From Hydrolagus colliei (lineage: Eukaryota), in assembly GCA_035084275.1 (NCBI GenBank), contig CM068756.1:14136001-14200000 (forward strand): DNA of 64,000 nt. The letters run 5' to 3'. A program made the position numbers and the translations under genes. The notes beneath the pieces were generated by a model that did not search any database, had not been told where the DNA came from, and worked only from the letters and a program-made list of their open reading frames with translations. Positions 27,401 through 39,000 of the stretch are shown here, piece after piece (position 1 is the stretch's first letter; each line of letters opens with the position of its first letter).

Positions 27401-29616
27401 TATAATTTGTATTTTATTATCAACAACACTCCGAGATTCAATGTACATCATTTTATATTTGTAATTTGTAAAGTTAGAGCGCTCTCCTCATAACTGAGAG
27501 ACCTAAGTTTGATTCCCAGCAGGGTGAATTGTTGAGTAACTTTCTTTAGTCCACATTCTTCTGTTTACCTAGTAGTAAGTAGTTGATTGATAGATTGCTG
27601 TTCTGGGTGTAATAATTCCTTGAAAAAAATAATAACAACGATAAATTGGTCACTTCAATCCATGATTATTTATGGGACACTGCTGCGATTCACCCACCAA
27701 ACACTGGTTCGGCCTCACCTGGAACATTAATAATAATAATTCTTGCATTTTGATATAGCGCTTTTCATATCTTGTCAACGTCTCAAAGTGCTTCACAGAA
27801 TACACTGTAAAGTGAATTGAATGTATATTTGTGGGCGAAACGCGGCAGCCCATTGCGCACAGCAGTGTCCCACAAACAGTCATGGATTGAAATGACCAAT
27901 TTTATTATTGTGTTTTTTTTGGAGCGATTATTATTAGGCGTTTGGAGTAAGGAAACCGCCCAAGATTTCGCCCTGATCTGCCTGGATTCAAACAAAGGTC
28001 TCACGCTTGTAAGGCGAGTGCTCTAACTAATGAGCTACAGGACTCCACATGAGAATATGAGTTCTGTTCTGGGCACCATACTTTAGGAAGGATACCAAAG
28101 GATTGGAGAGAGTTCAAAGGAGATTTAAGAAGATTGTATCAAGAAAGAGGTACTTCAGTTATCAGGAGAAGCTAGAAAAACCAGGATTATTCCCATTGGA
28201 GCAGAGAAGGTTAAGCAAAGATGTAATAGAAGTTTTCAAAATTATTAGGGGATTTGATAGGGTGAACAAAGAGAAACTATCTCCAATGGCGAGTGGGTCA
28301 GCAGCCTGGGGACGCCAGTTGAAAATAATTGTTAAAAGAAACAGAGTGGAGGTGAGGAGAAATACTTCCATGAGGCGATTTGTTTGGATCTGGAAGCATT
28401 GCCTGAGAGGTTGGTGGAAGCTGGTTTGATAACAACGTTTAAGAGAGAAGTAGATCATTATTTGCAGCGCTATGGAGAAAGCGTGGGTGCGTGGGCTTGA
28501 TTTGGACAGTTCTTTTCAAAGAGTCAGCACAGACACGATGGGCTGAATGGCTTCCTCCTGCGCTATATAATTCTATTTTCGATGATTGTATAAAAATATA
28601 CAGTCAATTAGGTGTTCCGTGGATCCTTCCTGGCTGGGCGAAATCTTGGGCAAGTTTCCTTACTTCACATGCCTCACATGCCCATAATCCTTCAAGAAAA
28701 CCCCCAATAATAATTTAGTTATTCAATCCATGACTGTTTGTGGGACACTGTTATGCGCAATTTGCTACGGCATTTCACCCACAAAATTTACAGTCAATTG
28801 ACTTCACAGTATATAATGCAAAGTGCTTTGAGATGTCTACCAGATGTGAAAAACACTACATCAAATGCAAAGATTGTTGTTATAATTATTATAATTTACA
28901 GTATATGCTTTGAAGCACTTTGAGATGCCTCGAAGACATAATAAGGTGATGTATCAAATGCGAGGATTATTATTATTATTTAGGGAATTTCATTTACATT
29001 AACACTAAAAGGTAAAGTGCAATACTAAATGCAGATTGGCTTCAAATATTTATGGTACTTCATTTATTTTGTAGTATTCACAAACAGTGGTATTGAAAAC
29101 CCCTCTCCTCTGGTGATTTAAGTTGAGATATGTGTTGAATAGTAGCAGCGGCCATTTACTTACCGTGGATAACCAGTGATGTTCCAGTTCCATTTGTCAT
29201 TCCTCTTTCCCAACATCTCACTCCACAGTAATAGGCTCCTGAGTCCTGGAGACTGATGTTCAGCAGCTGAAGGGAAGCTTCCCCACTCTGGGTAAGGAAC
29301 CGTTTCCTGCCGTCTGAGCCCGGCTGGAGATACTCATTCTCACCCAGTTTCCACCACTCAACAGTCACAGCGGAATTATCAGAAGGGGAGAAAATGCATC
29401 TGAAGGTAACATTGGCAGCTACGATGGCAACAGTGGTTTCAGGGGTTTGGGTCACTTTGAGGGGAACATCGGCAGCCACTGTCAAAGATAAATGCAAACT
29501 TTATGTATATGTATTTATCAAATAATATAAAAACATTGATTAAGAGAACCATATCGAATACCTGGGCCAATGGCGAGAATCACGAGGTACAGAAACACAA
29601 TCCGTTTCAAAATCAT
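21306..29616 (-). CDS. Gene 2: VJ-C1-TM Ig-superfamily receptor (exons 29616-29562, 29478-29164, 26517-26206, 21419-21306)
   Basis: All exons join in phase 1 with canonical sites: MILKRIVFLYLVILAIGP-V-AADVPLKVTQTP...CIFSP...WWK...DSGAYYCGVRCWERGMTNGTGTSLVIH-A-TPMHP...CETDEFYPED..WYK..YTCLVSHLSLK...-A-SNDIPLSLWIFGCGGAGFAFLVLLFFIWKQCQFNNCG. Confidence 0.85.
21780..22720 (-). mobile_element. Degenerate L2-type AP-endonuclease fragment
   Basis: ORF 21963-22331 TTHIHDHTLNQV...AISDHHFI resembles the APE C-terminal TH..GHTLD...SDH motifs. Confidence 0.65.
23272..24000 (-). mobile_element. L2 LINE 3' fragment
   Basis: ORFs 23348 and 23708 (FITSRLDYANALL, FKILVL). Confidence 0.85.
24372..24727 (+). 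mobile_element. L2 LINE 3' fragment
   Basis: Same 3' end and (TTG)n tail as 14320-14700. Confidence 0.8.
25001..25311 (-). mobile_element. Full-length copy of the same SINE
   Basis: Head, core and tail all present. Confidence 0.85.
25328..25972 (-). mobile_element. L2 LINE 3' fragment with internal deletions
   Basis: ORFs 25395 and 25711 (LARLHWLP; NLGVRFE). Confidence 0.8.
26206..26517 (-). CDS. Gene 2 C1-set domain exon
   Basis: ORF 26120-26578. ttttttcacag| and |gtaag, 312 nt. LVCETDEFYPEDITITWYK, YTCLVSH. Confidence 0.92.
26736..27225 (-). mobile_element. L2 LINE 3' fragment
   Basis: Same family 3' end. Confidence 0.8.
27728..28048 (-). mobile_element. Full-length copy of the same SINE
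   Basis: Head, core and tail all present. Confidence 0.85.
28055..28590 (+). mobile_element. CR1 LINE 3' fragment
   Basis: ORF 28103 ERVQRRF...LFPLEQRRL...VFKIIRGFD. Confidence 0.8.
29164..29478 (-). CDS. Gene 2 V-set (VJ-type) domain exon
   Basis: ORF 29156-29497. ctttgacag| and |gtaagt, 315 nt. C...WW...D-SG-AYYC...NGTGTSL. Confidence 0.92.
29562..29616 (-). CDS. Gene 2 leader exon
   Basis: MILKRIVFLYLVILAIGP, 55 nt, donor |gtatt. Shares VFLYL with the gene 3/4 leaders. Confidence 0.8.
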
Positions 29617-32600
29617 TTTGCGCAGTGTGGGTTGAAGCTTTCTACAAATAAATTCAAAGCACTTTTGGGTTTGGGACAACTCAGTTTGTGTTTAATCTGA
29701 TGCGATACCGACCAGGTGACACGTGATATCACAGCAGTGACGCCGCGAAGCTGCTGATTGAGTTGAAGAGGGTGAGATGGGTGAGATGCAAATGTCCTTA
29801 TTAGGCTGCAAGGTAACCTCCAAAGTTTGCAATCCATTCACTCTGATCCCCAGTGTATTGGCTATATCTGATGGAAAATATATAACATCAGATAGATTGG
29901 GCGGAAATATTTTGTGTTTTGACCCCCTTGTTTAGATGAAAGAATTGGGTAACTGCAATCAATTGACAACCACCATTACGAGAGCAAAAGAATATGTAAC
30001 AATCTCCATTCACATTTCTAGGTTGTCAACAAAATATTTGGAAAATGTGTTACGTATTGCGATTTTCTTCATGTGCACAGGTGTCGCCAAGCTTCTTTCT
30101 AGAAATAACCACATACTGTACTATATAAATATTCAGTAACTTAAGCTACACGAACACTAGAAACCCAACTGTTTTTTACATAGGAAATTTCCGCTTTCTT
30201 TGACTCACGAAATTCACCCATATTTGGGACTTAACTAGACTTTATCGTTTATTTTGCCAATAATATATATAGTCAATTTACTTTACAGTGTATTTTGTGA
30301 AGCACCTTCACTCATCTCGAAAACATGACAAATAAAAAAAATGATATTTGTATAAAGCCTTTCAAGTTGGGAGGACGTCCCAAGCCGCTGAACAGTAGAA
30401 CTGTTATATCAAATGCAAAGTTTATTATTATATTGCATATTTTGCATTGAGGCTTGAGAGAGGCACACAGGTTGTCTGGAAACATATTTTCTGTCAGGAA
30501 AACAAAACAAAACTGCACTTTGGCAATTATGCCAATAGATATTAATGGTTATCACCTCCAACCTGGTATTTCTGGGTTTGAAGGATTATGTTACCACATA
30601 AATATTGCAAAAATAATAATAATCCTTCAGTTTGATATAGCGCTTTTCATATCTTCTAGATGTCTCAAAGCACTGCAGGAGACACTCTGTAAAGTGGAGT
30701 GACTGTGTGTTATGCGGATGAAGCAAAATATTTTATTACCCGATTGGATGATTAATAATATTAATTATTAGTATGATTAATAATCACTTCCCTACACAAA
30801 ACAATGCTCATTCAATCTAGCGGAGATTCTCAACCCCGGAATTCTGACAAAATGTAATCTGTTGTTGTCTCAACGACATGTTAAGAAGAGGCTGTATCAA
30901 ATGCAAGAGTCATTATTATTTATGATACTATTAAGCTCCCTAAGACGCCATCCGACATGGAGATCGCTATATAAATCCAAGTTGTGGTTGTAATAATCAT
31001 GGAATTCTGTAGCTCAGTGTTTAGCAAGCGAGAGACCAGGCAACAAAATCACTTCACAGTATATTCTGTGAAGCGCTTTGAAACATTTAGAAAATATAAA
31101 AAATGCTATATCAAATGCGAGGATTATTATTATTGTTGCAATATTTATGTGATAACATAATCCTTCAAACCCAGAAATAACGGGTTTAGGTGATAATTGG
31201 AAGCCTTCTGCATTAAAGCCTGTCATAAAAGATAGGGAAATTAACTTCTCGTTAAATGTGTTTTGTGAAATCAACTGGCATGGTTCAATATTTTGATATG
31301 ATTACATGAGACAGAGGTAAGACCAAGACCATCTCATTGTGGGTAAAATCTGTTCACACTCCTCTGATGTTTCTCTATATGCTAATACGTACTCTGGAGG
31401 TTGAACAGAATACAGCAATGTGATCAACAACAACAACTTCAATTTATATAGCGCCCTCCACGCCGGACAGTGTCTCAGATCAGGAATGATGTGTTATTCG
31501 GCTCAATAGTCAACAACAACTTTATTTATAACACGAACAAATACTCGTGTTCCTAGAAGCTCTAATCACACACCTCGTTTGCTTGAACAGGTTTGATTGA
31601 CACAGAATGATCAATACCATTTATTAACTTCAACTGAACAATTGTGGCAATATATTCAGCCGATCAGTTGATGCCAATAACTACAGTAGGGAAGCCAGTA
31701 TCTTGGGTAGAACCAGATATATGTCCCAGATTATAATTATCACTGAGAGCTGTAAACATAGTACAATGTGTCACATTATGTGGTAAATGTGGATAAAACA
31801 CGGCAGCGAATTGCGCACAACAATTTCCCACAAACAGTCATTGGTTGAGTGAACAATTATATGTATATCTATAGAATGTTAAGTCTCAATCATTTAGTCC
31901 AATTATTTTCCTATGTGCCATTCACACACAGAGTGAATAAATATTCCAGATACATTGCAATAATATATTGTTAGAGCCATACAGAGGTATAATTTAATTT
32001 TTAACGACTGTTGGTATGTAGCTTGCAGTATCAGGACTAAATGTTGCTTTACTTTACCACCGCTGAATACTTACTGGTACAAATGTGGAAGTGTAAGTGA
32101 TGTGGGTGTCTGTCACACAGTAACTGGTGCCTTGGGGATCAATATGAATCCTGCTCATTGTGTGTTTTTTATGCAACGATTAGTCCTGCTTTAATCACAG
32201 TGAATCATTTCCTCACCTGAGGTGGCATCTGAGGTACTCTATCTATCAGCACCAGTGTATAACCATGTAACCACAATCAATGTTTCCACAGAGCATCGAA
32301 ATAAATGACTCATACGCTGTTTCATTAATTGACTCCGCCTTTTGACCACTGGCTGAATTAGTTTCTCTTGCTGAATACTCCTGGTGCTGCTGCCCAAGTT
32401 TTTCAACAAGTTTATAGTATTAATCGCTGGGTACTGGGTTTGGGGGCCAGTGATTTATGATCTACTTGAATTAAAACATTAAACTCCAACGAAGAATTAT
32501 GCACACCATTTAATGCATAGTAATAATGCTTGCATTTGATATAGTGCTTTTTATGTCTTCTAGATGACTCAAAGCGCTTCACAGAATATTACTGGAAAGT

Positions 32601-33724
32601 GAATTGACTGTAGATCGTGGGCGAAACGTGTGCACAGGAGAGTCCCACAAACAGTCATGGACTGAAATGACCAATTTATTATGATTATTTTTTAAAGGGA
32701 TTATTATCAGGTGTGTGGAATAAGGAAACGTGCCCAAGGTTTTGCCCTGACTGCCTGGAATCGAACCCAGGTCTCTCGCTTGCAAGGTGAGGGTTCTAAC
32801 CAATGAGCTACAGGATTCCACTATATTTAATGATAAACCCTGGAATCAGCCCTGAAATACTCTTATCCCCAGATGCCAGGGGTTTGACAGCACAGCCCCA
32901 TCAGTGGCAGCATCATTGAGGATTTACAGAGATTTACAAAGGGAACATTGGTCTGTGGAGGGCAATCACCATTTGTATCATTGAATTTGAGTCTTGATTT
33001 CAGTCTTGAGACATTGTATGCAACTGACTCAACACATCAATGTGAAAACCGTTTAAGCAACTGCCTGGAATGTGTGACAATATAAATAGGAGCACAACGA
33101 TCCTGCTTAAGTGTTCATGAAATTTAATTGAATTTAAACCAGTGAATAGATACAAAAGCATGTTGATTAAACACTTTAAAGAAAAAAACAATCTTTGCTT
33201 TGATTTCATCAAATGGAACGTTGCAGTGTGACACAGAAACAGATGCAATGAGGCACTTAGACTTTACTGATGGCCAACAAAAGGCTTTGTGGTGTGAGAG
33301 AGTAACTGTGATACACACACACACATCTATATATGTAGATGGAGATATATGCGTATACGTGTGAAATTGCTACACTTAAATAGACACACGCACCATCAGT
33401 TCATGTGTTGCATAAATGGCCTGTGAGTGTGGACAATTGAGTTCTTTATTTAACCAGAGACAAGGGTAAAAAATTAAATATTGCTTCATTTCAGCTAAAT
33501 TTTGCACATACTTGCATAACGCCCACACAATAACCGTTACATTGTGGCAGATGAATTGCATCGTATTTTCTTCGATAAGGTTAAGGTTATTTATATCAGT
33601 TTATTTCTAATTTGAGTCTCTGTTCGTTAGTGTCAACAGATGAGCCAACATAATACAGTATAGTGAAACAAAACATTACCCTCACTGCACATACTGAACT
33701 GATATATATTTACTTCCAGCTGCA

Positions 33725-34032
33725 TGTAATAATAATACTTGCATTTGATATAGCACTTTTCATGTCTTCTAGACATCTCAACGCGCTTCAGTGTATACTG
33801 TAACATGTATTGACTGTATATTTGTGGGTGAAACGCGGCAGTCAAATGCTCATAGCAGTGTTCCACAAACAGTAGTGGATTGAAATGATCAATTTTTTAT
33901 ATTTTATTTGAGAGATTATTATATGGCGTGTGGAGTGAGGAAACTTGACTAAGGTTTCACCCTGCCTAGAATTGAACCAAGGTCTCTTTCTTGCAAGGCG
34001 AATGCTCTAACCACTGAGCTACAGGACTCCAC
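33725..34032 (-). mobile_element. Full-length copy of the same SINE
   Basis: Head, core and tail present; the paralogous copy at about 49785-50020 is partly deleted. Confidence 0.8.
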
Positions 34033-34358
34033 AAGACAGAGGATTTATCCATGAGGCAGCTCAAACTCGGGCTGAATTACTTTTAAATGTAACGGATTGA
34101 GAATTGTTTTTAGAATTGATCACATGCTCTACATACAAATTTTGTAGTCATCAAACCGTATATTTGTTGCTGAAATTGGCTACACAGAGAATGGATGGAA
34201 GAGAGCTGGAATCAACTAAAAGGAGGCTGCTTTTTGGCCAATAATTCAACTGACGACCAATCCTTGAAATGTTTGGATTTCCCAGAGAGAGAGAGAAACA
34301 TTAGTGAACCGTATTCATTCATCATAATCAAAACACAAAATACCAAAGATACTGGAAA

Positions 34359-34568
34359 TCTGAAACAGAAACAGAAGTTTCTGGGAAAACTCAGCAGGTC
34401 AGGCAGCATCCATGGAGAAAGGAAAGTGAGTCAACGTTTCAGGTCCATGACCCTTTGTCAGAACTCAAAAGAAGGGTCGTGGACCCGAAATGTTGACTCA
34501 CTTTCCTTTCTCCATGGATGCTGCCTGACCTGCTGAGTTTTCCCAGAAACTTTTGTTTTTGTTTCAGA
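34359..34568. repeat. ~210-bp palindromic Penelope-type element with hammerhead-like core (copy 1)
   Basis: Arms of about 95 bp (…gaaaactcagcaggtcaggcagcatccatggagaaaggaaagtgagtcaac… and its reverse complement), 16-nt loop. Confidence 0.75.
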
Positions 34569-34734
34569 ATCACCATAGTCTATGGCTGAAGCCCAGTAGT
34601 AAGTACTTGGCTAAGCTGTATCTGAAACAAAGCGTAAGAATTCCATGTTTTGGTGTTTGATTTATTTTATTCAATTCTATCGAAGATATAGATTGACCAA
34701 ATTAAACCCAACACGTTAGGTTCGATAAATGTTG

Positions 34735-34740
34735 TTTATT
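34735..34740 (-). terminator. Candidate poly(A) signal AATAAA for gene 3 (equivalent at 50673-50678 for gene 4)
   Basis: First canonical hexamer I found downstream of the stop codon in each copy. Confidence 0.4.
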
Positions 34741-34789
34741 TGAGATCTACAAAACCACTTCACAGTGTTACAATTCACAGCCTTGGATG

Positions 34790-35593
34790 CCTCAATATCC
34801 AAGGCTGTACTCTCCACCTCACAAAGCCAATCAGGAACCTCGGCATCATGTTCGATCAAAAACTTTCCTTCCTCCCCCACATCCGCGCCTTGACCGGCAC
34901 CGCTTATTTCCACCTGCGCAACATTGCCAGGCTCCGCAACTATCTTACCCCCCGCGCTGCCGAAACACTCGTGCACGCGTACATCACCTCACGGCTGCAC
35001 TACGGAAACTCTCTCCTCGTCGGCCTCCCCAGTTCCTCCATTCACAGGCTGCAGGTCATCCAAAACTCTGCAGCCCGTGTACTATCCCGCACCCGCCTCC
35101 GCGACCACATAACCCCCACCCTCGCCCGTCTCCACTGGCTCCCCATCCTCCAGAGGATCGAGTTCAAGATCCTCGTCCTCACCTACAAGGCCTTACACGG
35201 CCTTGCCCCGCCCTATTTAACCAATCTACTCTCCCCCTACACGCCCACCCGGACCCTCCGTTCAGCAGGACTTGGCCTGCTCCAAGCCCCCCGCCCGAAC
35301 CGCCCCACCATCGGAGGCCGGGCCTTCAGTTTCTCCGCTCCCACCCTATGGAATGCCATCCCTCAATCCCTCCGTCTCGTTTCTTCCCTTTCCTCTTTCA
35401 AGGCCGGTTTGAAGACTTTCCTCTTCGACCGTGCCTTTTGTTCCACCCCGAATTTTTCGACCTCCCCTTCGTGTTTCACCCCTTCCCAAACACTCCCCTC
35501 TCAGCTCGGGTCACACGCCTCCTGTGCAGCGCCTTGGGACGTCCTCCCGACGTGAAAGGTGCTCTATAAATGTAACTTGTTGTTGTTGTTGTT
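34790..35593 (+). mobile_element. L2 LINE 3' fragment (open 271 aa), copy-1 specific
   Basis: ORF 34740-35555, nearly the same protein as 58235-59191; (TTG)n tail. Absent at about 50695. Confidence 0.92.
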
Positions 35594-35932
35594 AGAAACT
35601 TCACAGTGTTAGAAATCTGGTCCCAGATTTGTATTGGTATATTTTGTTCCAGTGATATAACAGCTTCATTGATTTTATAAACGATTATAGTTGATAGCAC
35701 AGCGACATTATCAGATTAGGATTTAACAATTTTGAAGATGAAATTGGATCGAGTTCATAAATGATGGTTAATAAGAATGGAATCGGGAAAAGGGTAAATG
35801 ATGTATTTCTGCAACTGTCAAAGCAGTGATACACCAGCAGACCAGACCAGCATTGATACACACACTGTCACTTGTCCACATTGACAGGGATCTGTGACTG
35901 ACATGCAGAGGTAATTGTCTATTATTGTGACA

Positions 35933-36097
35933 TTATGCGGCTGCTGACTCCGTGACAGTGACAGCTTTGTAGTTTCCGACATTTACCTCCGCATACTCTG
36001 AATTCTTGCCGCCAGGTTTAGCTTTTCCTGTTTTTTTGGAGCGAGGGAAATCCAGATCAGCGTAGGTCAGCTTGTCAGTGGCGGCTCCTCGCTTGGT
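35933..36097 (-). CDS. Gene 3 terminal ITIM exon
   Basis: ttgttttcag| TKRGAATDKLTYADLDFPRSKKTGKAKPGGKNSEYAEVNVGNYKAVTVTESAAA*. Confidence 0.87.
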   Translation of the reverse strand, partial: TKRGAATDKLTYADLDFPRSKKTGKAKPGGKNSEYAEVNVGNYKAVTVTESAAA

Positions 36098-39000
36098 CTG
36101 AAAACAACAATGTTTGGGATTGTCTTTTTGTTGGTTCCATGTATAGATTTACATAGAATGGTACAGGAACTGAGCAGCCGCTGTTTATACTTCACATTTC
36201 CTCCATTCTTACTTATTTTCTTCTAAAAATCTCTAATCTTTTCTCCTCGTCTCCGCAACATGGTTGCGTTATGTTATTCCAAACTCATCACCCCATGGCC
36301 AATTGGTGAATGTATTTCAAACTGAGATATGTAACTGTAGATTTAAGGCTCTAGATCTTAGCGATGAGCTGACAGCTGCTTTGGTTGGTGCAGATCAGTT
36401 AATCCTGGAATTCCCGATTGCTCTATGGGAACTTGAAATCTCAGGATGGCTGGGTCAGTATACAGTTATACACATGATCCTCGTTAATTTATTTGCAGAA
36501 TTGTTTATTCATATCTAAAGATTCAATCTTAGAATATTATGGCCCAGAAAGTAAGTTTGCTCATCGGACACGTGCTGTTAATTTGAAAGAATTGTGTATA
36601 GAGTCCCATTTACCTGCCTTTTCTCCAACACTCCTTAAAATTCATCTGTTTTTACATATCCCCATTATCTTCAGATAAAGGAATTATGTTGTTTCAACCC
36701 AGAAGGCTGAACATATTCAAAAACCAAATACAGAATACAAATGAGGTAGAAGATTGGAGAAGGGGACAAAATCATAACGATCAAACCAATGAAGCCTATT
36801 TACCAAACCCGTTCAACATTTTTTACATGTTGTTTACCTGGGCGTATACTGTCCTCTCCTCCTGTTGTTTAGGTCTAGGAGTTTTATTGGAACTTTTTAA
36901 ATCCAATGTTACATAAGCCACGTTGTCACCCACTGCTCCCTCCCCCGTCTGTAAAACAAAGTATAGAGTTAAATGGTTGTTCAGTTTCCTTCCTAGGTCT
37001 GTGCTCTTTGATTATGGTATTGATTAAGTAGGGATTTTAGGGGAAACAACGGCTACTGTTGAGTTCAAATATTAATGGCACATAACATCCAGTAAGTAGA
37101 TCGAGATCTCTCCAGAAGCAGAGAAAATTATGTTTCCAATTGATACTTTGCCATCCACCAATACGAAAATATGTTGCAGAACTGATTAGATGAATTCAAC
37201 AAGAATTCTCACTTCAAGTATTATCTCTTAAAATATCCTGGGATTAGCCCTGTTGCTAGGCACAGGCCTGACACTGAAGGATTACTCAAAAGGTAAATTA
37301 CTTGTTTATTGGAGTAACAATTTAATCCTTTAAAGGGGAATAAATAGGTCTATTTATTCCTATTAAGGAAAGGTTGAAAGCTTTGCGTTCATTGTCCAAT
37401 TAAACGTAAACTCTGTCTTGTTGGGGTGGGATGAGATTATTGTCTGTCTTGTCTTAAACTCTGTCTTGTTGGGGTGGGATGGTATGCTGGCGAATGATAA
37501 TCAGAATAACTTGGCGATACACTTCATCGTGGTTTATGGGACCATATTATGCGCAAATTGGTTGTAGCAAATAGAGTCGCTACAAAGACAAGGATTAGAA
37601 GCATTTTAAGATGATTAGAATTATAGGATCCACATTGATAATGAGTAAATTGGTCCATTGGTCACCCAAACTCTTTGGTGAAAAACTTATAATAGTAATA
37701 ATAATCCTTGCTTTTGATATAGCGCTTTTCACATCTTCTCGGCATCTCAAAACGCTCCATGGGAATATACTGCAAAGTGAATTGACTGTATTGCAAACAG
37801 CAGTGTCCCACAAACAGTTGTGGATTGAAATGAAATTTTTAGAAACATACCCGTTCTTCAAGATTGCCCGATTGAGTCAGGTTTCCCTTTGATCCTAAAT
37901 GTGAATAAAATTTACTGAATTAAATATTTACCCAATTTTAATGTTAACAATAAAATCATGTAATTATTCTACATTTTGGGATGAGTGAAATCCAAATATT
38001 CTCCTGCATTATTTACCCTCCACCTGAATCTGCATGTCACTCATACTTTCTTAAATCCTTAACACTGTGGGACTCTTTCCGTTGAATATTTAAAAGGTGA
38101 AACTTGGCGATGGCTAACCACTATTCCTCAATTCTTAAGAAACTTGGTTGTTTCCTGCAAGCTGAGCCTTGGTTTCTCTCCTGGGACTCTCAATAATAAA
38201 AATATATTTTTAATGTACCAATTTCAATGTAATACATTGCTGAATTCTGTTAAACAATAACAAATAACATGTGTAAAGTGCCTTTCACGTCGGGAGGTTG
38301 TTTACTGATAAACATACACCTGGCGCTAATCCCTGCATTTGTTTGAGACCATTCGTCAGTACAGTTACTTACAAATGCACAGAATTCATCCAATTATAAG
38401 GCAGTTGCAATACTGTATATTGAATCAGATTTCTGACATTGGATGTTGGAAAAGGAGAAATTCTGGGAAACTAACATTCACCTTGTGAAAGTGTTACGGG
38501 AATGAATCTGTTGTAATAACTACAAGTAATTGATGTTGTATAATCACAGCGTCACAGAACTCTACTATCATGGAAATAAGAATCAAGTCACTTTGTCTCT
38601 TTGCTAATAACCATTGGTGCTTTCGATGGTTTCATATCAAAGTGTAATGTTCACAATTAATTGCAATAAAATCTGAAGTTTCTTACCGTTTTTCTTCTTT
38701 AATTGGCAACGCTTCCCAATTATGATCAAAATCACCAGAAATGCGACCACACTCACAGCACATCCACCCCATAGTGAATAACCGGTTGGATTTTCAATCC
38801 CTGGAGAAATAGTACACACTGAGGTGAGACTGTACATTGCATAGGGGAAGGATTTATAGATTCAGTAGAATAGAAATGTTATGCATGTCACCTATGAATT
38901 ATATCTTGCACTGATTACATGTAAGTATTAAGCACGGTAAATGGTTTAAATATCATGTCTAATCTTAATCTGTGTATTTATTGAAAGAGGAATAAAAATT

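Noticed and set aside
37407-37481. 27-bp direct repeat pair as an array or regulatory element
   Set aside because: Only two units, intronic, present in both duplicates; an ordinary local duplication.
37201-38450. Other candidate small cytoplasmic exons in gene 3 (about 37213-37273, 38320-38332, 38372-38411)
   Set aside because: In-frame stops or wrong phase; the 44-nt exon at 37851-37894 alone satisfies the phase requirement.
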